Below are positions 22,754 to 34,353 of a DNA stretch of 64,000 bases, one piece after another. Location of the stretch: NCBI GenBank assembly GCA_010093995.1, contig ML992511.1, forward strand, positions 1,020,172-1,084,171. The letters run 5' to 3'. The notes below the pieces were generated by a model that saw only the letters and a list, made by a program, of their open reading frames with translations, had not been told where the DNA came from and searched no databases. The DNA comes from Elsinoe ampelina. Its lineage: Eukaryota. Position numbers and translations under genes: made by a program. Positions within the stretch are counted from its first letter, which is position 1, and the number at the start of each line of letters is the position of its first letter.

Positions 22754-22820
22754 ATCTAACTTACACTATCTAACTTATACTATCTAACTTACACTATTTA
22801 ACTTACACTATCTAATTTAT
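22754..22820 (+). repeat. 14-bp tandem repeat (ATCTAACTTACACT x4 + partial) inside the transposon
   Basis: Read directly; copies differ only by C-to-T changes. Confidence 0.85.
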
Positions 22821-23039
22821 GTACCTCTAAATAGTAGCTCCTCTCCCCTTCCCCTCTACCCCTTAGTATCTCTCCTTTCTACTCTACTACCTAATCTAGA
22901 GATATCTATATCTTACGTAGCTTAGTAGCCTCTACTACTATAAGGGCCTCTACTCTCTCTCTCTACCTCCCCTCTCCTCTATAAGGAGATTTTTTACTAG
23001 AAGAGAATTATTAGTAAGAAGAAGTATATATATAGAGTA

Positions 23040-24700
23040 TTAAACTACGCCTTACCCTTTTAGGTAAGCCTATAACTCTAGTATAGACTTATAAGGCCTT
23101 TTAGCCTTATAGCTAGTATAACTATAGAGAGTGTAGTCTATTAGATTAATTATAGTCTTTTAATACTTACTAGCCTTAATTAAGTAATTACTTCGTATTT
23201 GCTTATATGTTTAAGATTTATATAATTACGTAGGCCTACTAACTTCCTTATACTATTCTTAATACTTCTTAGAGGTAAGAGTTACCTTAGTCTTAATCTC
23301 TTACTCTACTCCTATAGATAACTTAGCTTTAAAGAGTAAGCTATATAGTAAGTTTATTAGCCTACTAAGGGTCTCCTTACTTAGTACTATACGCTATAGC
23401 TACTAAGGGGGGTCGAAAGGTAGTAGAGACTTAGTAGTACTATCTAGATTAAAGAGATTATCCTATATAGTTAATAACTCGAGACTACTAACTATACTAG
23501 TCGGTATACTTATAAGAAGGCTCCTAGTACAAAGCTTAAAGCGTAGAGTCTCTAGTAGTAGAGCTAGCGTAGTAGTAGTAGGTACGGCTAGTAAAGACTC
23601 TATAAGGTCGATAGTCTCTTTACTATTAACTAGCTAGCTAGGCTACTTCTTCTTCCCCTTTACTCTAGCTACTAAAACTTACTATATACGCTTCTCGATT
23701 AGGGCCTTAATCTTATTATTAACTAATAAGGGCTCTAGCTTAACATTAACGTCGTTAGAAGTATTTAAAAACGAGAAGTTAGTATCCTCTATAAAAAGAT
23801 TTTTATACTATAAATTAGCCTTAATATTCGCTTTAGTGTTTATAGCTAGGAATATTATCGTGTTTATATTAGTGTTTATAGCGTAACTTAGAGATTCTAC
23901 TTCCCTTTATAGATACTTTATATACTTCTACTATTGCTTCGACTTGTCGTTCTTAGCTTATTTAATTATAACATAAAGGAGATACTCGATAGTAGTACAC
24001 TTCGATTTTAGCTTACGTAGGAGGCTAACTAACATCTTCTAGATACTCGGCTACTAGAAGACGTTATTAGTAATAGGTATAGCCTTATTGTCCTCTATTA
24101 GTACGAAATAGCGCTTCGTAAAGCGTAGTATTACTATCTCTAGATCGTAGATAGTAGGGTCGGGGTAGTAACTATAGACTATATTTAATAAGAAGAATAT
24201 TCTTTAGTAGTTACTCTCTAGTAATTCGGTATTAAACTCTAACGGCGTAATCTAGTCCGTCTACTTAGTTAGCTCTAGCTAAGAGACGATCTTCTTATAA
24301 GGTATACTATACTTAAGCTTATACTTTACCTCGATTATTAGGCTATAGAGGTAAAGTCTAATCCTTTACTCTTTCTTAGCCTTTAGTCCTTTAGGAGTTT
24401 CTTCGTTAGGCAAATTGTTTAGTAAATCCTTATATAAATACTAAGAGACTAGTAAAGATCCTATATATAGTAATTACGCTACTACGCCCTTAGCCTTTTT
24501 ACTCTTCTAGTATCCTATACGCCTTACTATATCGGCTTTAGTCGAGAGACTACTATATATAGTTAGCGCTAGCGCCGTAGATTGCTTTATATTCGCCGCT
24601 ACAATTGCGAGTTAGCCTATATTAGCCTAAGATAGGGCGTAAGTTAGACTACTAGATAGCGCGTAAGCTAGATTATAAGCTAGATTATAAGATAGACCGG
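23040..24700 (-). pseudogene. Second RIP-mutated ORF of the 5.55-kb element, function unrecognised; ends approximate
   Basis: The minus frame read across about 24420-23940 has only TAG/TAA (RIP-type) stops and coding-like codon flow. Confidence 0.45.
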
Positions 24701-25099
24701 CCTATATAGGTTAGTACTTAGGCTCTTCTAGTATTAATACTATACTTACTTATTAATAGTTTAGATTAGTCTTATAGTAAATAGGACACTTAGCGAGGTG
24801 TCTATATTTAACTATATAATTAGAGCCTTTATATTTATAAAACAGTGCCTAAGAAGGTAGCGGTATATCGCTAATAGTAAGAAACAAACAATATAGTAGT
24901 AATAAGCAAAAACTATAGAGAAAATAGAGTAGAAAAGCCCTAGTATATTCGAGGGAGAAATTTAATATATATAAGTTAAATGTTTATAGTATATTTACTC
25001 GGCGTTTACGATTTGCTTAGCAACTTCTATATATAATCGATAGCCTTAAGAATTATTCGGTTTTTAGTACTCTAATAGCGGAGAATAGCGCTACTATTA

Positions 25100-26570
25100 A
25101 TTATGCTTAATTAGTGTATTATAAAGCATAAAATAAGCCCTTTAGTAGAGTCTAACACCGCGAGCATTAGTTACTTAACTATTATAAGGCTAGAGGCTAG
25201 TAGTAGAGAGGATTAAGGTATAGAGATTAAGAGTATTAGAGGGTAGATATTACTTATAATCTAGTGCTTAATTAGCTATAAATATCTATTAGTACTTATA
25301 CCTTACTAAATTCGCTAGTATACTAGTCTAAATTATTAAATTAGTTAGGTAGTATAGTAATAGTATAGTCCTATACGCCGACTACCTCTAGATAATAATA
25401 TAGGAGTCTTAGTACTTCTATAATTATATATAGTTATCTTAGCTACTTCTAGAGGTAGTAATAGTTCTATTAATATACGAATTACTATACCTCTATACGA
25501 AGGATAGGTATATATATAGCTACGAGAGCGACTTAGTAAGCAATAAGATTACACTTCTAGTACTTTAACTTCTTTAGCTTAGTAAACTATCTTCGCTAGT
25601 AGTTCGTAGTACTCTTTGCAAGCTAGGCCTATTATAATTTAATACGCTAATTCTGCTTACTTGTACTAAATAAGAAGGCTTCCTTTACCTCTAAAGGGAA
25701 ACTACTTAGCTAACGCTAAGCGTTAAGATACACTTATAAGACTATCGTAGTCTTACTCTCTCTATCTATATAGATCTTAAGGGGGATCTAGCTATATAAG
25801 GTAGTAATAGTAGTATACTACTTTATAATTAATATAGCCTTCCTTACTAAGAAGCCTATATAGGCCTAAACGATATAGTATAAAAATTTGTTAATTATAG
25901 TATAAATCTTAATACTATACTCCTTAAGCTTATAATAGGCATCTATCGACTAGGTATAGTTCGGCCCTAGTACGTCTTATACGCTGTAACTAGTAGGCTA
26001 CTAGTTACTATAAATCTAGAACGCTAAGGGATTAATTATAATTATAGCGTAGTAAAGGCGCTAGCTAGGTTAGAGTTAGTAAACCAACTAGTAAACGCAT
26101 TATAAACACATATTACCTCCTAATAATCCTATGCTTCTGCCTTATATAGGTATAAAGGTAGCTAAGGCTCTAATTCTTAATATTGCTAGCGTTATATTTA
26201 CTTTATAGTAGCTACTATATTTACTTATACTTAACCTTGTTCTCTTCTTAATTAATCTAATAGATAAGGCCTAACCTTTTACATAGGCGCTTTAGCGTCT
26301 CTAAAGATATATTAAAGCCTTGCTCTTTTAGTACCTCTAGCGTCTCTTACTAGCTAATATATAGCTAGAATAGCTCCTTAATACTATAGTAGAGAGCCTT
26401 AGAGTTAACTAGTGCCTTAGAATAGGTAGAGAGCTACTAGCCTTATAAGAGACACTAGAGCGTTCTAAGCGACAGTATATAACTACGCCTTAATAGCCTC
26501 TAGAGTACTTTAGGCTAATTATAGCACTTATATAGTAACTAGTACTTAATAAGAGGCCTATCTACCTCGA
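25100..26570 (-). pseudogene. RIP-mutated retroviral-integrase-like DDE transposase with N-terminal Clr5/HTH-like region; ends approximate
   Basis: De-RIP, single frame: GPNYTWSIDAxxKLxxYGIxIYxxIDxFSRYIVW (25967 onward), RxDRESET (D at 25766), GTSKQNQRIESWW (E at 25640), then WNxHxLRKQ. Confidence 0.85.
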
Positions 26571-27522
26571 TTATAGCAGATTATAAAGCTATATCGAGTA
26601 GTCTAGTATGTTAGGGGGTAATAGGAAGGAAGGTACAGAAAACTAGCACACCTGGCTTTTATACTAGCGCTAAGCTATAAAAAACTAAAGGTATATAATA
26701 AGAGAATAATACTTACACTAAACGATAGAGCGTTATAAGAGCTGTCGATTGTAATAAGAATTATTGTAATAAGTGGTATAGCTAATACGCGAGGAGGTGG
26801 TGTAATTGCAAATGCTAGGTTTAAGCGTTTTGATGGTTTTGAGCGTTTTAATGGTTTTGACGGTTTTGACGGTTTTGGCGGAAGCTACCGTATGCATGAC
26901 GGTGCGCTAGGATGGAGTCTCGACCAATAAGACGCAAACATGAAATTTCGGGGATGCGTTCAAACTCTGTCAGTCCATGGTCGTCAACAGCATACGCATG
27001 TGCATGACGAGTCGGAGGCTGCTGCTCGGTCAATTTCTATCGTCAAGGTTGTACGTGTGCATGACATCGGGAGCTTGAGGCTACAGGCGCTCTTGAAAGG
27101 AGAGTGCACCACAATGCAGCTTGATCACAAACCGAACAGCGACAGTGTACACACAAGGTCACCATAGGCACAAGTTACAAGGAGTGATTTTGAAAGTTTT
27201 TCATTTAGATGGCTGTTCTGTTTTCCAGCACAGAAGGCTTACTCGGCCAAATACCACCATCCCTGCACTCCAAATGAATCCTAACGTGGGTATTCTAGTC
27301 GGCTAGTCTCTCGACTCAACCGCTACAGAAAGAGAAGAAGCTGTATATATGATATGCTGGGCATTACAAGGGCGTCATGTCGTGCGGCTTTCATGGCCGC
27401 GCCCGCGAGGTCGGATTGTCTTTCCTTGACTCGATCGAAATTGATAAAAGTGTATTGTTTGGTGAAGTGGTGATCATTTACTGACACCGAATGGAAGTGA
27501 AGACTCGCGGTGGGTCAACCGT

Positions 27523-27897
27523 TTAGAGACGACCGAAGAGAACCTCCTCGATGCCGTTGACATGGGAGATGGTAGATGGTCTTGGCTCGATGATGTCGAG
27601 GAGACCGTCGTTGCATGCCCGTCGCTCCTCCTCGAGCTCGAGCTCAACAGTAGATGGCTTCCGCCTGATCATGTTGCGCATGGAGCGGAGTTGGAAGGAG
27701 AGGTTTGAGAAGTTACTGGCGGTTGAGAAGCGGTTGGATTGGCCCACCCGCGATGGCGAGCATGCTGGTGATGACGTGTAAGATTGAGCATCAGACATGT
27801 TGGACATGCTAGGTGATGGAGATCCAAGGGGAGAGACAATGGACTTGATCTTGCGGAAAGAGTTGGAGGGAGAGACTGGCGAGAAGGTGGCGGACAT
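27523..27897 (-). CDS. Small Ser-rich hypothetical protein (124 aa)
   Basis: Clean ATG ORF with coding-like codon usage; C-terminal ELELEEE...IIEPRP...GIEEVL segment. Confidence 0.65.
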   Translation of the reverse strand: MSATFSPVSPSNSFRKIKSIVSPLGSPSPSMSNMSDAQSYTSSPACSPSRVGQSNRFSTASNFSNLSFQLRSMRNMIRRKPSTVELELEEERRACNDGLLDIIEPRPSTISHVNGIEEVLFGRL

Positions 27898-28510
27898 GTT
27901 TGTATAGTAGTTGGTGATAGTGGTAAGGAGTGTGGAGCTGGTGGTGATGATGATGTGTCGGGTTAGAGAATGTTTGAGTTTGTCGTCGTAAGATTGTCGA
28001 GGTGTGTTGCTGTGTGTGGTGGAGATGTTTGAGCTTGGGAAGCAGATGGCTTCTATATGTATGGCGTGTCTGACAAGAGTGACAACGACGCCCCGCCCCG
28101 CTTGGCTGGGAAAGGAGACGAAGGTTGGGAAGGGGAAGAAATATCGATTCCAACGGCGTCGCAGTTCCGTGATGGTACAGCTGCCAGCAAGAGGATGTTT
28201 AGGTCCAACGGCGTAAAGCGCGACAAAGGCAACGGCCAGGTGCCAACGCAGAGAGTCACGTCAAGAAGACAAACGGCGGCAAGAATAGTAACGCGCAGCC
28301 GAGAGTCCTGTCTCTGACTGGTAGAAAATGTTTGTCCTTGACAAGAAAAGAGTGTAGAGAATGAACGACTGTTTTAAAAGAATGTGAGGAGGTCAGTGAT
28401 AAAGTGATGAACAGGCACGAGATGTATAAAATGTTTGCTGGCAGGATCAGCTATAGATATGCCCCTCAAGTAGAGACCTGCTACATGTCTAATTTGCTCA
28501 CGGGGACATG

Positions 28511-28551
28511 CAAGGGAGATCCAAGGGAGACCCAAGGGAGACCAAGCGGAG
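28511..28551 (+). repeat. Tandem CAAGGGAGA(T/C)C repeats (3 copies + 1 degenerate)
   Basis: CAAGGGAGATC-CAAGGGAGACC-CAAGGGAGAC-CAAGCGGAG read directly. Confidence 0.8.
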
Positions 28552-31500
28552 GGGGCAGTGAGGGCCAGCAGCGGATGAGGCAACGGGAGGAGAGGATAGC
28601 GTGTATCACGTTTGGGCGTGAAGCACTCACGAGACCCTCACGAGACTCGGAGGAAATTACGTCGCAGGCTCTCAGATCCTTGACTGTTCCTGCCCTCGAC
28701 AAGTTGTGATCAGCGAACAAACGGGCAACGAGGGCTCCACCTCAGCTCAGCTGCTGCCAGCAATAGACGGCGGCAGGAACAGGGAGTTTATGCATCGCAC
28801 CAAAGTAATATGTAATGGTGGTGGCACGCGGAACCGTAACGACTTGCTTCAAAACGGTCCGCGACAAGCAGAAACCTTGATTTCCGTATCGTCAGCTGAA
28901 CTTTGTGATGAGAAAGCCCGAAAATACCGCGACATGCTTCAAAGTTCACGGTGAGAGTTCTGCATAGAGAGCCCTTCATTTCTGCAACCACACTATAATT
29001 CTTCCGTGCTCAGGGCATGGCGGTATGTTCGTCGACGAGTAGTGCACGAACACGGTCAGGGTGCTCCGGACCAAGGGACTGTGTTTGTAAATAGCAATTC
29101 TTTTTGATACAGTACCCAGATTGGTGGTGCCAGCTGCATGCACGCCTGGACAATTCATCTCGTGGCATATCCCAATTGGAATGCCGTGTATCTTTTTCTG
29201 GCTCTGTCAGTGCACTATTGCCCCTGTCGTGGCCAGAAGAAGGACACGCACAGGACTGGTCGGGCCCAGCTGGGTGGGAATGTCTAGCCTTGCGAAGAGC
29301 ATCGACTCTCAAAATGGAGAATCCTTGCGTACTTAGCTTGTTATTATGCACGAACGTTGCGACCTTGTGCATGTTCACAGCTAGCCACGCGAGGATAGAA
29401 AATCAACAGACCAAGGAGCATGCATGATCAAGTTACTCGTCAACAAACTTCTGTCAGGCCGTAGAAAGTATGCAAGATCTCACTGTACGAGTAATGCAAG
29501 ATGGATCAATCAATTTGGCTCACATCGATTGGCTGCGTCTCCCAAACCACATCTGCTGCACATCATCCCTCCCAATTTAATTTTGCTCCCTCGTCATTTC
29601 GTCAGAGCTGTCCTCGGTTATGCATCCGACGACAATTCGTTTGATCCGACCTGAAGGTGGCATTTACTCGGCACGTCGTCCGTATAGACATGCACAATAT
29701 GACCTCATGTCCACATCCGACGTTTCAACCTGCTTCTTCACTTCCAGCTTCATACACTACCGAAACGCGACATACTGAAACCTGTACGAAAAACCCACCA
29801 CCAAAAGGAAAGTATCGACCGCTGAACAAATCATGGAACCCACATGCTGTGCCATACCGCACTCCGATACTTGCCCGCTCACAACCACACTTCTATCAAC
29901 GGCTGAGCACCTCATCACACAACCTCGGGTACTCACCTTGTGACTGCTCCTATTCCACAAACTGCCTTCGTCTCGTCCTTCGGGCTGCAATAGACGATTC
30001 GATTCCATGGTTGGATCAAGGAAAATACAGACTATCAGCTACTGTCTTTCAGCCACCCACCAGACAAATTCCCCATGTATTATACCAATATTCCAGCCTT
30101 CAGAACCACCTCTTCTCCACCCGTTTCCCCACCACCTCCATACCGTAGCTGCACTTCAACATTCTCTCTCTGAACCACCGTGGCCGGCGCAACCTCAACG
30201 GATGACATGGGACTGATTCAACGTCCCGCAAACCTCGGAGTGGTTGGTATACCGGTCACCGCTGCGCTTTACCTCAGCCGCCCTCCAACATGCCTCCACC
30301 AACCTTTCGGCACGCCGTTCAGCCGTACCTTTTCTTCAACACCGTCAATCTGTAGGCGAGTAGACAAGAGGAGGTGTCTTGTCTCACAATAATCTGCTCG
30401 TCGCCGGTAATCACCACTTTTGCTACTGTTTGAATGCTCCTGCCGGCCGTCTCCCTCCGATCTTCGCTCGTTCACCGCTCAGTTCACACGTGGAGCCACG
30501 TGGAGGAGCACATGTTCATCTACCGAACTCAACATGGAAAGTAAGCATCCGCTCTATTGGATCGTTCAATCAATCGCTCTCCCCTCGGGCGATTTTAATA
30601 TCGGCAGATACAGTCCGCGGACCTCAGCGCACATGGCGACAGCACATGGCAGTAGCTCAACCACAAGTGTATCCTGGTGTCAATATAGGCGAGTTATTTC
30701 AATTCGCCCTTCGCGATTGCCAGCTCTTAGGTCGTCAGTGTTAGGCCATCGTCTTGGCAAGCAAGGCACGATATCTCATTACCCATTTTGCAGGTCGACC
30801 ATCGCAAACGGCCATTATGTCTTTCCACGTGGTGATTCATGCCAATTCGAAAGAGCCTCACTGCAGATCAACGCTGCCAGTCCGCGACGATACGCTATGC
30901 AATTTCTCGTTCTTTGTCCTTCCTTAATCATCCTTGCTTGCTTCCATTGACTGTTCTATCGAGATTCAGTGAAGAAGCAGATTACTATCGAGCGGCTCTT
31001 CTAACAGTGAGCGCCCCACTTGCCTCCTGGTAGTGTTACCGATGTAGGGCATACTCACTGCGGATCCGATCAACTCGTTTACGAGCCGACGAGCTACCTC
31101 GCTTGCGACATTTGCCAACCAACTACAGATTACTTAGTCCTGCGACAACGACAAGATCGTGCCTCGGACAGATCACCTCGGTACTTCTACGATCAACCTT
31201 AACTCTCACACAACGACCAGCGCTTGCACAAAGAATCACATGCCCCTTCGCCGTTGACTTCGAAAACTTCTCCGTTGACACATCTCCGTTACACTCCAAC
31301 GGTCTATGAATGACATCACCTCCCACCACCTCCAACCGTCCTTCTCAGACAAGCACTTCACCAATAGCGTCCTACGTTCACCCTGCGTAGCTCCAACGAC
31401 ACCGCCAACCGGCCCTCCAACCTCCCACCCATCACCATTCCAACCAATCCACGCGAGAGTTCGGCGTCGTTCACTAGTCGCCACCGGCTCGTTCGGACAC

Positions 31501-32687
31501 CCTTCCCTCCCTTTCGCCTACCTATCGCCGATACCGCCACCATCTCTCGATCACCAAACGATAAGACCAAACGTCGACGCCCTCCAAATGTCCATGTGAA
31601 GAGATGGGAAATCTCCCAACCCTCTCCGTTGCACAACGTAGACGACCGGTCGCTTGCCCGCTACATCTGCGTTTCGATTCCACCTGCCTCCACTGGCGCA
31701 CGAGCGTACTGGTTCCCAGTGCGTGGTTTCCACGTGGAGAGGTGTCTGAACGAGAGCGATGGGCTTTCTCGGGAGGGGATGCCTGCCTGACTGCCCGCCT
31801 GCGCTTCCAAACTTGCATATCGGCTTCGTGGGCTGGGATATTGATTACTATACCCACCGGGCTCGTGTCTCGTCGATGAGATTCACTGCCAGCCCCCCTC
31901 GTGCCACCGTCGATGGGAACCCTCTCGTGCAGACGCTCATTCTACCATTCGCACTTCGTCCGAGACCACACCCGACTTCCGAGCGAACTCCGCTTACTTC
32001 TTCAACGTCCCTGCCGGGACAGTGTATACGAGGTGTTCGCCTCGTCGGACCTGTTTCATATGATGGCCTGACGTCGTTGTCGCTTCGTTTCGCCTGGGGT
32101 TGAAGCATCGCGGAAAGCCCCATAAGAATACTTTACATGTGTGATTGGAACTTGGATTGTTTCACGCTTGTATTGGCAATACATGGTGAGTGTAAAGCCA
32201 AGTATAGTCTTTCTTACACGGGCTGGCGGGGTAAGTGACGCATGTTTCGTGTTCTCGGATGATTCGCGGGGTTGGTTGAGGAGGTCGTGATCGAGGTTGG
32301 TTGTCGAGAGGGGGGCCGTCGGGAGACGACTTCCGATTGGCGTACGAGGGAGGAGGTAGGCTGATTGGTGGTGGGCTTTTTGTACAGGTGAGTCTAAGGT
32401 GAGGCTGTCCTTGGGATCGGATTGAATTTTCTGCATCAGAGCCTACTCTGCCAACTCATCTCGAAGACGTGCTTGAGATGTCAGCGTCAGCTTCTGCAGA
32501 GGATGGCTCATGCTTCCTTGATTCGACCTGCCGGACTATTCACCGTGGGAGCAAAGGATCTATGCTGGACAGAGTGCTCAGCAACGGAATTACTCGTGGA
32601 GATGGTTGCTTTCATTGAGCACCTCTCTTTCTGCTATACATTTCCAATCTATAGGGTATCATATAATCATATCTCATCCCTTCCGTC

Positions 32688-33863
32688 CTACCGATTTATC
32701 CCCGCCATCTGGACATACTTTGCAAAACTCGCATCCTCAGCACTGACCCCACTCTTGTCCTTCAACGCCTGCTCATACCTCGCCTTCAACCCCGTCTCGC
32801 CTCTATCCTCACTCCCCCCCTCTCCCTCCCCATCATCATCATCACTTTCATCCTCCGCCTCACTCACCGTCTCCGCCTCCTCCTTCCCCTGCCCCTGCCC
32901 AGCCCTTCTCTCCTCAACACCCATATCCCGCATCAACTTCTCCACCTGCTTCTCCCTATTCGCCTCCTTCTCCCTCTCCCTCTCCTCCCTCCGCCTCTGC
33001 AGTTCAGGCGCGTACTCCCGCTCAAACTCGCCTCTCTTCCCCTCCACAGCAGCGAAGAACTCGTCCATGCCTTGCCCTGTCGTGCTACTCACCCCTACCA
33101 CGGAGAGGTTGTTATAAAACTCCTCCAGCACGAGACTCATGCTGTTCAGCAAACTCCCCACGTACCCGGTCCCTCCTGTGCCGTCGTCCGCTTCCTCCTC
33201 CTTGCGCAGAGCAGCTTGGAACGCCTCGAAGTCGCGCATCCACTCGATCGCTTCGTCGGGCTTCTTGACGTCTGTTTTGTTGAAGACCAGGATCATGGGC
33301 AGGCGGGTTTTGTACAGGATGCTGATCGCGTAGAGCATGTTGCTCATGAAAGTGGATGTGCTGGAGGTGGTGCGGGGGGTGTCGATCACGTAGGCGAGGA
33401 CGGTGGGGAAGGAGGACGCGAGGGCGGAGAGCAGGATCGAGCCAGAGGCGGACCAGACGAAGACTTCGATCTGCCCGGGGGTGTCGAGGAGGATGTGGGC
33501 GGGGACGGGAGGGGAGTTGGGGGGTTGTTGTGAGGGGAGGCAGCGCTTTTCGAGGATGGAGAGGACTTGGTCGATCTTGGTGGCGAAGAGGTTGAGGGAG
33601 GTGAGGATGCCGCCATTGGGGCCGAGGTTGTATTGTTTCATTACTTCTTTGTAATTGACTGAGTCGCGGATGTCGATGTTGGGGGAGAAGGGGGTGGAGT
33701 GGACTGCTGGGTCAAGGTTGAGGATATAGGGCGGCTGTGAGGAGGAATGGAGGTGGGATGCCATGCGTTGCATAAATGTCGTCTTGCCTGAGCCGGCACA
33801 TCCCACTGTGATGATGGTGACTGGAGGTTTGGCGGGGTTGGTGGGGGTGGAGGAGGAGGCCAT
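32688..33863 (-). CDS. NPA3: GPN-loop GTPase 1 (Npa3/XAB1)
   Basis: P-loop [34 protein letters not shown], acidic tail. Confidence 0.95.
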   Translation of the reverse strand: MASSSTPTNPAKPPVTIITVGCAGSGKTTFMQRMASHLHSSSQPPYILNLDPAVHSTPFSPNIDIRDSVNYKEVMKQYNLGPNGGILTSLNLFATKIDQVLSILEKRCLPSQQPPNSPPVPAHILLDTPGQIEVFVWSASGSILLSALASSFPTVLAYVIDTPRTTSSTSTFMSNMLYAISILYKTRLPMILVFNKTDVKKPDEAIEWMRDFEAFQAALRKEEEADDGTGGTGYVGSLLNSMSLVLEEFYNNLSVVGVSSTTGQGMDEFFAAVEGKRGEFEREYAPELQRRREEREREKEANREKQVEKLMRDMGVEERRAGQGQGKEEAETVSEAEDESDDDDGEGEGGSEDRGETGLKARYEQALKDKSGVSAEDASFAKYVQMAGINR

Positions 33864-34353
33864 GATGGGCCTGATTTGGTATGATGCTACTGCCAACGGA
33901 ATTCCTCAGTGAATAATGCGTCAGGTAAGCGAACTAGCAGGGTGTTGACTTGTATCGAAGACGCATCTAGATCATGATAATGTTGAAAGTGAAGCTCTAG
34001 CATGGAGAAAAGTGAAGATCTATGGCCGCGGTCGGTTGGAGATTCCGTTCGGAGATTTGCACAAGGTGTTGTCTACTCTGCTAGAAGTACTGAAAGGGCT
34101 GATCCACGTTTCTGATCTGACATTCACTGCATGTGATAGCGTGAGATAATCTAGAGGCCTCATCGTTGTTTTTTGCTTTCCGTTCCAGGGAGTTGGTAGG
34201 ACTATCTTAAGGGATGCTCAGTAATGCTCAATGACCAGAGTGAAGGAGACTCGGCACAGCTTGCCTCAAAATTGCCATGACATATTTTCTGAGCTTCACT
34301 CTGAATCCCACCGCAGCTTCCAAACATTTGACAAACATTGACGCGTCGCTGCT

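Larger units (their letters stand above)
21350..26903 (-). mobile_element. RIP-inactivated TIR DNA transposon with integrase-like (IS3EU-like) DDE transposase and two extra ORFs, 5.55 kb
   Basis: Inverted termini AC(G/C)GTC(G/A)TGCATACGGTAGCTTCCGCCAAAACCGTCAAAACC followed by tandem 9-bp CAAAACNNT-type subrepeats. GCGCTAG direct repeat on both flanks (21343-21349, 26904-26910). TpA-rich interior. Confidence 0.9.

Noticed and set aside
24285..24330. Possible SWIM finger (GxPC) suggesting a Mutator element
   Set aside because: Weak. The clear DDE motifs at 25.6-26.0 kb are integrase-like rather than MULE-like.
28000..32600. Telomerase RNA candidate in the gene desert
   Set aside because: I found no TAACCCTAA-type template on either strand.
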